A DNA stretch of 64,000 bases, from positions 105,834,001 to 105,898,000 of the forward strand of contig NC_059427.1 in assembly GCF_021028975.2 (NCBI RefSeq). The letters are read 5' to 3'. Below the pieces are notes generated by a model. It searched no databases, was not told where the DNA came from, and was given only the letters and a program-made list of their open reading frames with translations. Below are positions 51,258 to 62,905 of this stretch, piece by piece. The position numbers and the translations under genes were made by a program. Within the stretch, counting starts at the first letter, position 1, and the number at the start of each line of letters is the position of its first letter. This DNA comes from Sphaerodactylus townsendi (Eukaryota).

Positions 51258-52520
51258 CAGGGACGTAGATTTTTTATGGAGGAGGGTTCGGGGGTGGGGC
51301 CAAACCCGCCCCTGCCCCTAGGGCATTGCCTCACCTCCCCAAGCCCCGCCCCCAGCCTAGTGCTTATAAAAGCAGCTCTCCAAGGCCGGGACGGCAGACT
51401 TCCCTGCCCTGCCCTCCCCTGCCCCCCACCAGCTGGGCACCTAGCCAGCAGCTGGCAGTTCCTTTTGCCCCCCCCGCTGGGCAGAGGCATAGAGGAAAAA
51501 TGGAGCCCAGTGTTGCACCCCCCCTTCCCGGGCAGCCGCTGTGATGCTGGACTCCACCCCCAAACAGCATCACTTTCAATGGTGTTTAAACTAGAGAGCC
51601 CAAATCTCCTTTTAAATCCATCTTAAAGGGACAATCTGGGGTCCCCAGTTAAACAACATTGAAAGTGATGCTGTTTTGGGGTGGATTATCCCCCACCCTG
51701 AAACAGGATCACTTTCAAATGTGGCGTAGTGCTTAAGAGCAGGTGCATTCTAATCTGGAGGAACCAGGTTTGATTCCCTGCTCGGCCGCTTGAGCTGTGG
51801 ACGCTATCTGGGGAATTCAGATTAGCCTGTGCACTCCCACACATGCCAGCTGGGTAACCTTGGGCTAGTCACAGCTTTTCGGAGCTCTCTTCGCCCCACC
51901 CACCTCACAGGGTGTTTGTTGTGAGGGGGTAAGGGCAAGGAGCTTGTAAGCTCATTTGAGTCTCTTACAGGAGAGGAAGGGGGGATATAAATCCAAACTC
52001 TTCTTCTTCTTATAAATGGAGGACCTCAGATTTTCCCTTTAAATCCATGCCGATTTAAAAGGAGAATCTGGGGAAATTTGGGGTTGCCTGCTGTCAGGGG
52101 TGCAATTGTTAAGCTAGAAGCACCAAACTTTCAGGGTATCTTTAGGAGACTCTCCTAATGATACCACCCAGGTTTGGTGAAGTTTGGTTCAGGGGGTCCA
52201 AAGTTATGGACCCTCAAAGGTGTAGTCCCCATCTCCTATTAGCTCCCATTGGAAACAATGGAGGATGGGGGCACCCCCTTTGGGAGTCCATAACGTTGGA
52301 CCCCCTGAACCAAACCTCACCAAACCTGGGCAGTATCATCAGGAGAGTCCCCCAAACAATCCCTGAAAGTTTGGTGCTGCTAGCCTAAACAATGCACCCC
52401 CTGTAGGCCAAAAACCAAAAAAACCTAAAATGTTTTAAAAACCCACAAAGGCGGGGGGCGGAGCTTCGGACATGAATGGGGGGGTTTGAACCCGAGAACC
52501 TCCCCTTAACTACATCCTTA
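51258..52520. mobile_element. hAT-type MITE with long internal inverted repeats, hosting a SINE
   Basis: Termini CAGGGACGTAG / CTACATCCTTA. Perfect 8-bp TSD ACTCTGTG (51250-51257 / 52521-52528). Confidence 0.9.
51721..52011 (+). mobile_element. Squam3-like SINE nested in the MITE
   Basis: GTGGCGTAGTGCTTAAGAGC head, GGTTTGATTCCC B box and ATAAATCCAAACTC(TTC)n tail. Close to the reverse complement of 18135-18423. Confidence 0.9.
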
Positions 52521-53204
52521 ACTCTGTGTGGTCTTAGGAGTGTCCCTGTGAGATCAGGTTTCCCTCTTGTTTTCCACCCGCACCAGGCCTCCTAGCCACT
52601 GGTAAAAACAAGGCTCTTTCCTCTCAATCTGAGATCTCTTTGAGAATACAGGCCCCCATAGCCATTCTCCCTTTGTCTATGGCTCTCTCTGCCCTTAGAC
52701 ATGATCTCCCCTGACTGAATCGGAGGACTGATGAGATTTGTGTGTCATTCAAGTTCTCAAGCTGCTTTCAAATTTCTCAAACTCCCCCAAATTCCCGCTC
52801 TGACAGGTTTTTCCTGCTTTTATATGAGCCAGCACACTCTTTCTGTGACTCCAGGCTACTGCATTTCAGACAGCCAATCAGGTTGCGCTCTGGTTAACTC
52901 TTCATGTTCCTTCTGTGGCTGAACTGCACCTTTTAAAATTAACCATGAAAAAGCCTAATCTGTCACACTTCTCTTGTTAAAATATGATAAAATATATCTG
53001 AAAGGTGTTAGATTGTGATTCATAATATCGTAGCAGAATAATCAGATACATCCATAACAATCACTAGTATCTTCCAAGTAGCTTGATCTTTACTATTACA
53101 GATGGCGGGCTTACCATGTGTTCTACTCATCTGCAGAGCTGTTGAACTTTTTTTCACTGAGGGAGAGTCTTGACATTTGTCTCTAGGAGGAGAAACTGTT
53201 TCCA

Positions 53205-53478
53205 TACTGACGCCGTGCACAAGTCGCGATAGAGCATATATGATGCCGATATTGACCCCAGTCGATTTGTTCGCACAAACAGTCCCGGTAGGGGTGGGGA
53301 TGACAGCGCAACCTGCTCAGAGGCTGCGCCATCCCCCGAACGCCCCCTCTGGCCTGTGCGATGTGCCAGAAGCCAGGAAGGAACGGTAAGGCATTCGGGA
53401 AAGGGGGGGTTAATGGCGCCTTCCAGCCACTGCCGTTCGCACAGCAGGGGTTGGAAGCCGCTGCTTTCGAAAAACCTT
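53205..53478. mobile_element. CpG-rich DNA-transposon-like fragment, termini not resolved
   Basis: Abrupt CpG-rich block with TTCGCACA motifs like those inside 62433-62905. Confidence 0.45.
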
Positions 53479-54324
53479 AGTCCTTCCTCAGCATTTTGGG
53501 GAGTTTTAGGAGAGAAAAAACAACTGAATCTTAAGTTTGTGCTCCCATGGTAATCCCCTTGAGACTTGTTTCCTGTCAGAGAAATTTTGTAGCACTTTAC
53601 AGTCTCTTGGAGCAAGTCCTAAAGAAAAAATTATCTGTAAGCTCCTGGCAAAATGTTCCTTGACCAGGGAGATCAATACAAAACTCTAGCATGGGAATGC
53701 TAAAAGAATTACTTTGGTAGTATACTCTGGAATCGAACTGCTGAAAGGCCCTTGTAATATTTATGACATGAGCACTTAATCGTAGTCACTTTAGTCAATT
53801 GCTTCCTTTTAGTTATAAGCAAACTGAAGCAAGTCAGGAGGTCATTGTTGTCTGGAGAGGTACCTAGGTTTCAACCAAGAAGTAACACTTAAGCCGATGT
53901 GGTGTAGACTGGTTATTCACAAGGGGTTACATAACATCTTTGTGTCAGCTGAGCAAAGGTTTAAAAACTGTACATTTTTACCATTTTTATGGTAGCAATT
54001 GTCTTTAGTTTTCCCTTAAAATACATAGTTTTCATTTTCTTTGTAAACATATGTAATCAAGACATGCTGTTCCAAGATTATTTTCCCTTAGGGTTTTTTT
54101 TCCAGCAGATTGTAGCCACAGAGGCTGAGATCTGGAAAGGTATATTTTATGCATATAAATGGGAACATGAACAACCTACTTCACAAAAATGATACCTAGC
54201 CAAAGCTAAGCATTTTTAATTTTCAGTTTTACTGGGTAAATATAAAGTGTTCTTAAATTTCCTAGAAAAGTTTCTAAAAACTAACTGTCTTGATTGGGCT
54301 GGATCATTTTATTTTAAAGTTGAC

Positions 54325-54515
54325 TTTATATCCTGTAGTTTGTCTAAAGAGCTGAAAGCAGGATACATGGTCCCCATTTGATCCTTACAACAACCATGTA
54401 AAATAGGTTGCACTGAAAGAATTACTTGCCTAAGGTCACCCAGTGAAGTTTATAGTAGAGTTGAGCTTTGAACCCTGTGCTAGTCCAGTAATCTAGACAT
54501 TATACTCAATTGGCT
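54325..54515 (-). mobile_element. Decayed MIR/Squam3-like SINE
   Basis: CCTTACAACAACCATG...GCCTAAGGTCACCCAGTGAAG...TTTGAACCC. Confidence 0.6.
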
Positions 54516-55601
54516 GTTTACTAAGATCCAGCTTTACCCCAGTGTATACCTTCTAGCCACATTGGATAATGTCAGTTTTGGATTGGTGTGTGTATGATCC
54601 CCCCCCTCCCCCCCAGATCTATGTCTTCTGTATAGTTTCAAAATTTTACTTGGATTCACAGACAGGCAAGAAGAATAGATGGAGGGGACAGATGCAGCAG
54701 AAAGAGCATGTGTGCCTTCCCTCCCCACTGCAATAGGCAGCCAACTTGTTTGCCCTGCAGTGGACAGAAATAAAGACTGCTTATACATGCTGGAAGGTAG
54801 GCTGTTCTCCAGAAACCAAAATACCAAAGACACTGCATATAAATACTGCAATGGCAAGCGTATTGTGCAATATATCAAACTAATCCAGATACCAGACAAA
54901 TATTCCCACTAAATGTGTAAGACTATATACAGTATTTTCCAATATTTTCCTATTACAATAATTACATATATACATTTCTGTTCATTCAACAATTCATTCA
55001 AAACATGTAGGTTGTGTATTTCCTTTATAGTCACTTCAACACTACGATGAATCTTGTCTCATACATTCATGTAATAAATCAATAAACAGCTTGTTTCCTA
55101 GGTCTCTGCAGTCAATGGAATGCTTCAGGCTGAATGAGCTGTAGCACAAAGCTGCCCATGCCTGTACCATAGCACTTCCTGCAAAGCCTGGCACAGGTGG
55201 TGGAGAAACTATTTGAACATGTGGAGCAGCTGGGGCTCATCCAGTAGACTCTGTTCCTCAAGCAGTACTGGGCCTACAGCTGCCCAGGCTGGCCAACAGC
55301 CAGAGATGGGCAAGCCAGGTAGTTGTGGGCAGAGTGGTGCTGCTGCCCACAAGTCAACCAGCCCCAGTTCTGAGGAGTCCCCTCTGTTACAGTGTGAATC
55401 TGCTAGGAAGAGAAGTAGGAAGAGCAGGAAGTCACAGAGGGTATGGGATTTTGAGGAAATGGACAGCATTGGAGTGTCAGGTGGATAATCTTTAGAGGGT
55501 GGGTGGGACACTTCCCCAAGGATCTGTTGACAGTCAACTGGAGCTACCTGATTGGGCCCTCCATAGAAGGGCGATCATAGGTCAGGCAAATGCTAGGCCA
55601 G

Positions 55602-56547
55602 CAGGGGCGAATCTAGGAAAACTGGAGCCTGGGGACAAAATCTGAGTTTGGTGCCCCCCCACCCCAGGTATGGATGACCACCCTCCCCCACAATGATTTT
55701 TTGCACCAGCTCACAAAACACCTCCCACCACCAGCAAAACATACATGGCTTTCTCCCCACCAACTCTCTTTCCTAATTGTGTCCTCACACCAACCCTATG
55801 AGGTAGGTTGCTAGCCTGAGAAACAGCTCCAAGCCAGTGCAAGTGGGAATTAACTTTTTTAAGCATGTAAATCTCTCACAGAGTCACCCCCCATTCTGAA
55901 GGTTTACCAAACAAACGTCATCCTCATCTCTCAAAAATCACCCCCTACCCCAGCAAAACATCCATGGCTCTCCCCCCACCACTTTCCTAATTGTGTCCTC
56001 ACACCAACCCTGTGAGGTAGGCTGCTAGCCTGAGAAACAGCTCCAAGCCAGTGCAAAGGGAATTAACTTTTAAGCATGTCAATCTCTCACAAGTGACCCA
56101 CATCTGAGAGGTTTACCAAACAGCGTCAGCGTGATCTTCAGTTCTACTGCTGCTTCACAGACTCCCTGCTCAGCTTGCCTTTTCCTGTGCCTGCCCCGGG
56201 GAGGAGGCTTCTGAGAAATGCCACCACTTGAATTTAAAGGCCGAATAAGGCATGCTGGGTTAGAGGGAGGGGAGGCGGAGCTCCCCAGTCCTGCTCCTGG
56301 GAGCCCAGTGGGACTTCTCCCCCGCCCCCTGGACACTCCAGGCCCTGCCATTACAGAGTGGGCGGGGACTCCCGACCAAACACTAGGAGCAGTCCGGCTG
56401 CTTCAGTGCACCACCAGCTTTCTAGGGCTTACACTCAATCCTACTAAGCTCTGTAGAGGAGGGATGTTTTGGAAACATTACGTGACCCCTCAATCGATGC
56501 GCCCAGGGACAAAGGGTACCCCATGTCCCTAGGCAGGAATGCCAGTG
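55602..56547. mobile_element. hAT-type MITE with internal tandem duplication
   Basis: Left terminus CAGGGGCGAATC and perfect 8-bp TSD TAGGCCAG (55594-55601 / 56548-56555). The 3' motif GCGCCCAGGGACAAAGGGTACCCCATGTCC also occurs in diverged form at 40425-40454. Confidence 0.8.
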
Positions 56548-58019
56548 TAGGCCAGCATATGTGTGTATATGTGTCCATGTGTGTGGTCAAGGAGTCTATT
56601 AGGACCTTTCCTCTGGTATCTATATTTGAAGACCCCCTGAGCATCCATCTGCAACAACTCTGGACTGGATTATGGAGACAGGAATGGATTCCTCACTTGA
56701 GGAATTCAAAGATAGTCATCATTCAGCTATACATCTTTGCACTTACCCTGAGGCATCACATGAGACGAAGGGAAGATGTGTGCTGAAGATATCACTTATC
56801 AAGCTTTGTTCATAACCTGAAAAACAGTGGTCACTAACGTATTCCTGGCAGACTTTAGCCCCACTTGGAACTCATGATTCTTGTCTGAAATAATGATTGG
56901 GTGGAGCTCAACACATCCTTGTCACTAGAACTTATGCAATTATGACTGTACAAATTATGACTACACTACTATGCTCTAGAAATTTAGTGCTGCTCAGCTA
57001 CAGCTGTTTTATTTTGTGTACATAAAACCATGGAGACAACTAAGGTGACAATGGCATATCCATGAAACCCTATTAAATTCAGTAAGCAAATTTCTATAGA
57101 ACTGAACCATTAAGTGAGTGGAGGAAATTTGCTGTTTGCCAGCATTCTCCCAAAAATGTTTTGTGTGAAAACATGTATCTATCTTGTTTATCCATCTAGG
57201 GGATTTTGGTTCCCCCAATGAACTCAGGTACCAGGGCATGGTTCTCTCATTCACAATTTTCATCACAATAACCTATCCTGTATCTCCCTAAATGACATTC
57301 AGACTTTCATAACTGCTTTGAACTGCAACATCAAGTGATATAAAAATACATTAAACAATGACTACATTACACTCGCTTTCTTCTGTTGTAATTGTTGGTA
57401 CTATCTGAAAGTTCATACAGTCATCTCTGAGGTCAGTAATTTTGCTTAGAGAATAGGTCATGCTATTAGATAGGGAGACCTTTGTATGTTGTAAACCTAC
57501 ATTTGGTATCCCATTACATGCTTATTTGTACTTCTCTCACTACACATGAATTAAATGAGGGCTCCATAGCTAGAGATATGTATATTCAAGACAAAATTGA
57601 TTGATTGCATCATTACTGATAAGTAATAGAAGAAAAGGTTTATTATTCTAGGGAAAAAGCTGAGATGCTGGTCCTCATTTGTTTTTAGTCACATGAATAT
57701 ATTTAGAGGAACATTTTCAGCAGGTTTTTTTTTCCCCTGGCACCTTGAAGGGTTTTTTTTAACTGCTAATTTCTTGCGTTGACACTGAATAAACAAAATT
57801 CACATGAAATGTCGCATTTTACTGCCAATAAGGGGAGAAATTTATTTCAGAGAATGCACTCTGAATCATTGGCAAGCAGCACAACCAAAAAGCGCCTAGG
57901 GTTCATTTATTTGCTCTCAAATGTTTTGATCGGTATACATGCGTAAAATTTACTCCCTGCCACAGAAAGCTTATTTTCTTCTTTGTGTTTAAAAAGTATA
58001 ATGATAAAACTCTTTCTAG

Positions 58020-58093
58020 ATTACATGCAACACATGTAATTACATTTTAAATTACATGCAACATGTAATTACATTTTAAATTACATGCAACAT
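58020..58093. repeat. About 30-bp tandem repeat x2.5 with internal palindrome (ATTACATG...CATGTAAT)
   Basis: Read directly. Confidence 0.9.
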
Positions 58094-58461
58094 AATACAT
58101 CACTTTAATTTGAATTAATCTATAGCCAGTTGTTGTTATTAGCTTCATTAATTACCCACCTTGCTCACTAAGACTAGAGGCACATTACAAAATATAACAA
58201 CGTAGTAGGTCCAACGTAGTAGGACTGAAGAAAGGTAATGTAAGAAAAGAAAGCAATGTAAGCAAAAAACAATTACAAAAGTTGAAGGCAACACACCAAT
58301 CAATGTAGGCAAAACACTTTCAGGCAGCACCATCCAAGCAGCAAGGTGGATGGTGGTGGTGTTGCAACTGCACCCCCCTGCCACTCCCAGAGAGACTTCC
58401 TGGCAGCATGGGGAGGCTTGCAAAACAAAACAGCCTCCCTACAGTCAAAAAGCCTCTATGG

Positions 58462-58914
58462 CAGTGATGGTGAACCTTTTTGAGACCGAGTGCCCAAATT
58501 GCAACCCAAACCCCACTTATTTATCGCAAAGTGCCAACCCAGCAATTTAACCTGAATGCTGAGGTTTTTGTTTAGAAAAAACCGGTTGGTTCCCTCTTCC
58601 TCCCCCCCACCCGCTTGAACAGGGGCCAGCCTGCTCTAGCCTCCAGCAAGTCCCGCGTGCACCTCTCTGTGCCTCTCTAGCATCTCTGCCTCCTCTGCGC
58701 CGTCCTCCCCAGGCAGCAGCCACCCGGAGCACAGGCACCAGGCCCACCAGCCAAGTCCTCCCTGCTCACCGCAGTGCACGCACGTCATGCTCAGTGGCCC
58801 AGGCCAGCCTAGGTGTGTGGGGTGTGTGTGTGTGACAAACTCTGTGTTTGCATGCCCACAGAGAGGGCTCCGAGTGCCACCTCTGGCAACCGTGCCATAG
58901 GTTCGCCATCACTG
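58462..58914. mobile_element. hAT (Charlie-type) MITE, 453 bp
   Basis: TIRs CAGTGATGGTGAACCT / AGGTTCGCCATCACTG (15/16) and perfect 8-bp TSD CTCTATGG (58454-58461 / 58915-58922). Confidence 0.95.
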
Positions 58915-59703
58915 CTCTATGGGGCCAAATGGGTTTATGCAACCCAAAAGGGTCATGTAAGTCCTAAGTCACCACTGCCAACATAAACTGGCGAGTAACT
59001 GGGAGGAAGCCAACTAATGTCAGTTCCTCCCCCTGCCATGCCTCCAGACTGCCCCCACTGTGACAGTGGCAGCAGGGGTGCTGGGATGCTTACACTGGGG
59101 GAGAGTGGCAACTGCCACATAGCGGTGTTTTTGCCCCTCCACCAGGGTAAGTGCCCTGACAGGGTGAATCCACCAGTGTGGCCACCTCACTACTTCCACA
59201 AGTGGATTCTGCCTCCCCCTTTTGGATGGGACTCTAATACAACAAAAATATGTACACCCTGATGTACCATATTGTTGAGAGGGTTACAAAGATAGAAAAT
59301 GTTGAATGGCAGTAAAATGGGAAGGGAAGGCTCCCATTATACAATAAAATTACAGTATTTTATTAAACTATCCCTAAAAAACGCCGCTTCTGGAGATGAT
59401 CCATTTTACTATGGTTTTAATCCTTTCGTACAAATGACTTTTTGGACATTTCTGTTTTGCCTGTATCTAAAAAACAATAACAGTATGTGGGCCTTACTGA
59501 TGTCCTCAGGCAGGACATACCATAATATGGAAACCACCACTTATAATGCACATGAATAGGCAGTTGCTGGTTTCAGCCATTTGCAGGATGGCACCACCAA
59601 CAGGATGTTGGAACAGATGGAAATATTCATTTTGTGCATGTTCTTCTATAGTTCACTGGATTTTGCTGTGTTCTTCCAGACTTCAGTTTTCCAGTTAATC
59701 AAA

Positions 59704-59933
59704 ATGGAGGAGAAGTCGATCTATGGCTACCAATCTTGATCCTCCTTGATCTCAGATTGCAAATGCCTTAACAGACCAGTTGCTCAGGAGCAGCAGCAGC
59801 AGAAGGCCATTGCTTTCACATCCTGCATGTGAACTCCCAAAGGCACCTGGTGGGCCACGGGAGTAGCAGAGTGCTGGACTAGATGGACTTTGGTCTGATC
59901 CAGCAGGCTAGTTCTTATGTTCTTATGTTCTTA
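59704..59933 (+). mobile_element. CR1 LINE 3' end
   Basis: MEEKSIYGY-like ORF2 end, GCTGGACTAGATGGAC...GGTCTGATCCAGCAGG 3' UTR and (TTCTTATG)2 plus TTCTTA tail typical of squamate CR1. Confidence 0.85.
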
Positions 59934-60329
59934 ATATGAAATAGTGTCTAGATCAGGACACAGATCCATCAAGTTCAGCAACCTGTTTCCTACAATGACC
60001 TTTGACCAGGCAGATGCTTCCAGAAAGCCCATAATCAGGTCACAAAGGCAACAGATCAGACCCTTTTTATTACCTGCCCTTGGATTGGATTGGATTGGAT
60101 ATTACCTGCCCACAATAGATATAATTTTGAGGTACATTTAATCTGAACATGGAGGCTTTATTTAGGCAAAATACCTAATATGTTTTCAAAGACCTTGTGT
60201 TGTTATTAAACTTCTATTTTTATTGGCCTTTTTGTTTCCTTTCCATCTTGAGGACACAGGACCAGATTCTGTCTGCTAGGCATGCAAAGCCAAGAAGCAG
60301 AGTTGCAAGGACTGTAGATTTCTTCCAGG

Positions 60330-61815
60330 AAGAATTTTTTGAAGAAGAAACTACACTTTTAGTGATGTGAGAGTGAATTGAAAGCTGCAGTGGAAGAAAC
60401 AAATTGGAAGAAACAAATTGGAAGAAGCAAATGGGTTATCAACAGAGCTATTCCAAGCCACAGTAATGGAGTCCATCAAAATCTTGACAAGAATATGCCA
60501 ACAAATATGGAAAACAAAACAATGACCCAGAAACTGGAAAATGTTCAATTTACATTCCAATTCTCCAAAAAGGAGACATCAAAAACCGCAGGAACTATTA
60601 TACTATTACATTAATTTCCTACATGAGTAAAATCATGTCCAGAATCTTACAATAAAGACTGTTCCATATATTGGATGAGAAACGCCTGATGTTCAAGCTT
60701 TATTCAGAAGAATTAAAAAAAAATAGCTTGTGTTTCATAGATTACATCAAAGTTTTGGACTGTGTGGGTCATGAAAAGTTATGGGTAGTTTTAAAGGAAA
60801 TAGGTGTTCCACAGTATCTGACTGTTCTGATGCACACTCTTTACTCTGGACAATAGGCTACTGTTAGGACAGAATATGGAGAAACAGAATGGTTTCCAAT
60901 TGGTAAAAGTGTTAGATAAGGATGTATTTTATCTCTCTATCTCTTCAATCCATTTGAAGATCATTATCATAAGGAAAGATGGATTCGATTTAGTTGACGA
61001 TGAAGTGAAAATTGGTGAGAGGAATATTAACAATTTGAGATATTCTGATAATACTACATTACTGGCAGAAAATGGTATAGACTTGAAATGACTACTGCTG
61101 AAAATTAAATAAGAAAATGTCAAAGCAGGACTACAGCTGAACATCAAAAAGGCAAAAGTAATGACTAATGGAGATTATTCAGCTTTAGGGTGGACAATGA
61201 GGGGAACTGAATTTGTTGAAGACTTTCTATTCCTTGGCTCCATCACCAACCAAAAGGGAGACTGCAACCAAGAAACCAAAAAGAGGTTGAGATTAGGAAG
61301 GGCAGTATGAAGAACCTATAAAAGATTCTTAAGTGTAAGGATGTATCCTGGGCACCAAGAGTTAATTCATGTCGTAGTGTTCTCATATTACTATGTATGG
61401 GTTGGAACGTTGGACAATGAAGAAAGCTGACAGGAAGAAAGTAGATTCTTTTAAAATGTGGTATCAGAAGTGTTACAGTTACCATGGACTGGCAAAAAAA
61501 AAAATCAGTGGAGTCTAAATATTACACCTGAATTTTCCCTAGAAGCTAAAATGACTAAGCTGAGACTATCACAGTTTGGTCACACGAGAAGACAAGAGTC
61601 ACTGGAAAAGACAACAATGCTAGGCAAAACTGAAGGCAGCAGGAAAAGAAAAAAATCAGCATGAGATGATCATGAATTGAATCTATAAAGGAAGGCAAGG
61701 CCCTCAATTTGCAAGACCTGAGCAAGGCTGTTAATGATAGGATGTTTTGAAGCACATTGATTCACAGTGTTGCCATGAGTCAGAAGTGACTTGATGGCAC
61801 TTAACACTCACACAC
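60330..61815 (+). mobile_element. Decayed RTE-BovB-like LINE (RT domain plus 3' end)
   Basis: CQQIWKT, CFIDYIKVLDCVGHEKLW (about 60730-60785), NINNLRYSDNTTLLAE (YADD decayed to YSDN, about 61023-61070), FLFLGS, FSLEAKMTKLRLSQFGH, and 3' GCCATGAGTCAGAAGTGACTTGATGGCAC followed by a CA-rich tail. Multiple stops and frameshifts. Confidence 0.92.
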
Positions 61816-61844
61816 TCCTTATTGGGAAATAGTCCCAAATCAAG

Positions 61845-61938
61845 GGTCAATTCCCCACCGAAAAAAATGAATGTAGATACAAACCGGTTTGGGAAAAACC
61901 GGGATCTTTTCAGCATGGTTTCAGTGTCCCCACTGCAG
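61845..61938 (+). mobile_element. 5' fragment of the same family as 29722-30557
   Basis: GGTCAATTCCCCAC...AGATACAAACCGGTTT...CTTTTCAGCATGGTTTC...CCACTGCAGC aligns to 29722-29816. Confidence 0.65.
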
Positions 61939-62432
61939 CTTCTGCCCCACAAAAGATCCTTGTTCCCAGAAATGCAGCAGCAAAGAAGGATTCCTCACTG
62001 AGGCGGATTGAACACGGATTGAACACAGAATCTTACTCATTAGAGTTTCTGTGTGTTTCTGCTGGCTACATCCCTTTACTTGATTTTGATTATGCTGCTA
62101 GGACATTTGTGTCCCTTGAGAACTTGACCTCTATTTGAACCTTCCATACACTGGTCCAATCTTTACTCTCCATTTCTTTACTCTCTTGCCTCCCTTTTTG
62201 AATAGCAAAATTGTGCAGTGGGTGAGGGGTTGTTTGAAATAGTTGGTGCTTAATTTGTGTATTCTAGCATTGGGCATTTTGTTGAATGCTTGACATTAAT
62301 GTGACTACTTAAGTTCAATAATTCTTCAGGCCAGCTGCTTTTGTTATTCTCCTTAGTAAATTATATTTCTGTTTTCAGTCTGTTTGGATTGTTAAAATTG
62401 TTTCAAGGGTTGTGGGAGAGCTGTGACACTTG

Positions 62433-62905
62433 GGCCCTTTCCGCACGGGAGGAATATGGCGGCCTGGGGACGGCAAAAACGCCGTCCCCAGGCTGCCATT
62501 CGCACAGGGGGCGCAGCTGCAGCGCAGCCGCGCCGCCCTCGCGCCGCCCGACCGGCGCGAAGCCGGCGTTCCCAAACCACGCTTCCCCAGTGTGGTTTTT
62601 TAGGAACGCCGGTTTGGAGCCGCTGCCAAGCGCCTCCCCCCCACTGGGCAACTTACCAGTCCCTCGGCCCTCCGGCGCTTCGCCCTTTCCCCTGCGACCC
62701 TGGAGCGGCCGGGCAGGGGGGCGTGTCCCCTGACCTCAGCGACGTGCCGGAGGGCCGCGGGACTGGTACGTTGCCCAGACGACGGCGCAGCTCTGCGCCG
62801 TCGTCCCAGCTGGTTCCGGGACCATCCATGCAGACGGTCCAAGCGTCGTCGGGTCGGCGTGAGTTACGCCGACCCAACCGCTTCCGCCTCCGTGCGGAAG
62901 GGGCC
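62433..62905. mobile_element. Young, very CpG-rich PIF/Harbinger-like MITE
   Basis: TIRs GGCCCTTTCCGCACGG / CCGTGCGGAAGGGGCC (15/16), 3-bp TSD TTG (62430-62432 / 62906-62908), internal inverted segments. Confidence 0.85.

Larger units (their letters stand above)
50746..52967 (-). mobile_element. Candidate solo LTR (about 0.95 kb after removing nested inserts)
   Basis: TG...CA termini (TGTCA at 50746, TGTCACA ending at 52967). Reading the minus strand 5' to 3' gives a CCAAT box (52874-52878), TATAAAA (52818-52824) and AATAAA (50836-50841). No TSD seen. Confidence 0.55.

Noticed and set aside
38230-59152. Several GGTAAG splice-donor-like motifs (e.g. about 38233, 38292, 39241, 42743, 59146)
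   Set aside because: All lie inside repeat elements and have no matching upstream exon.
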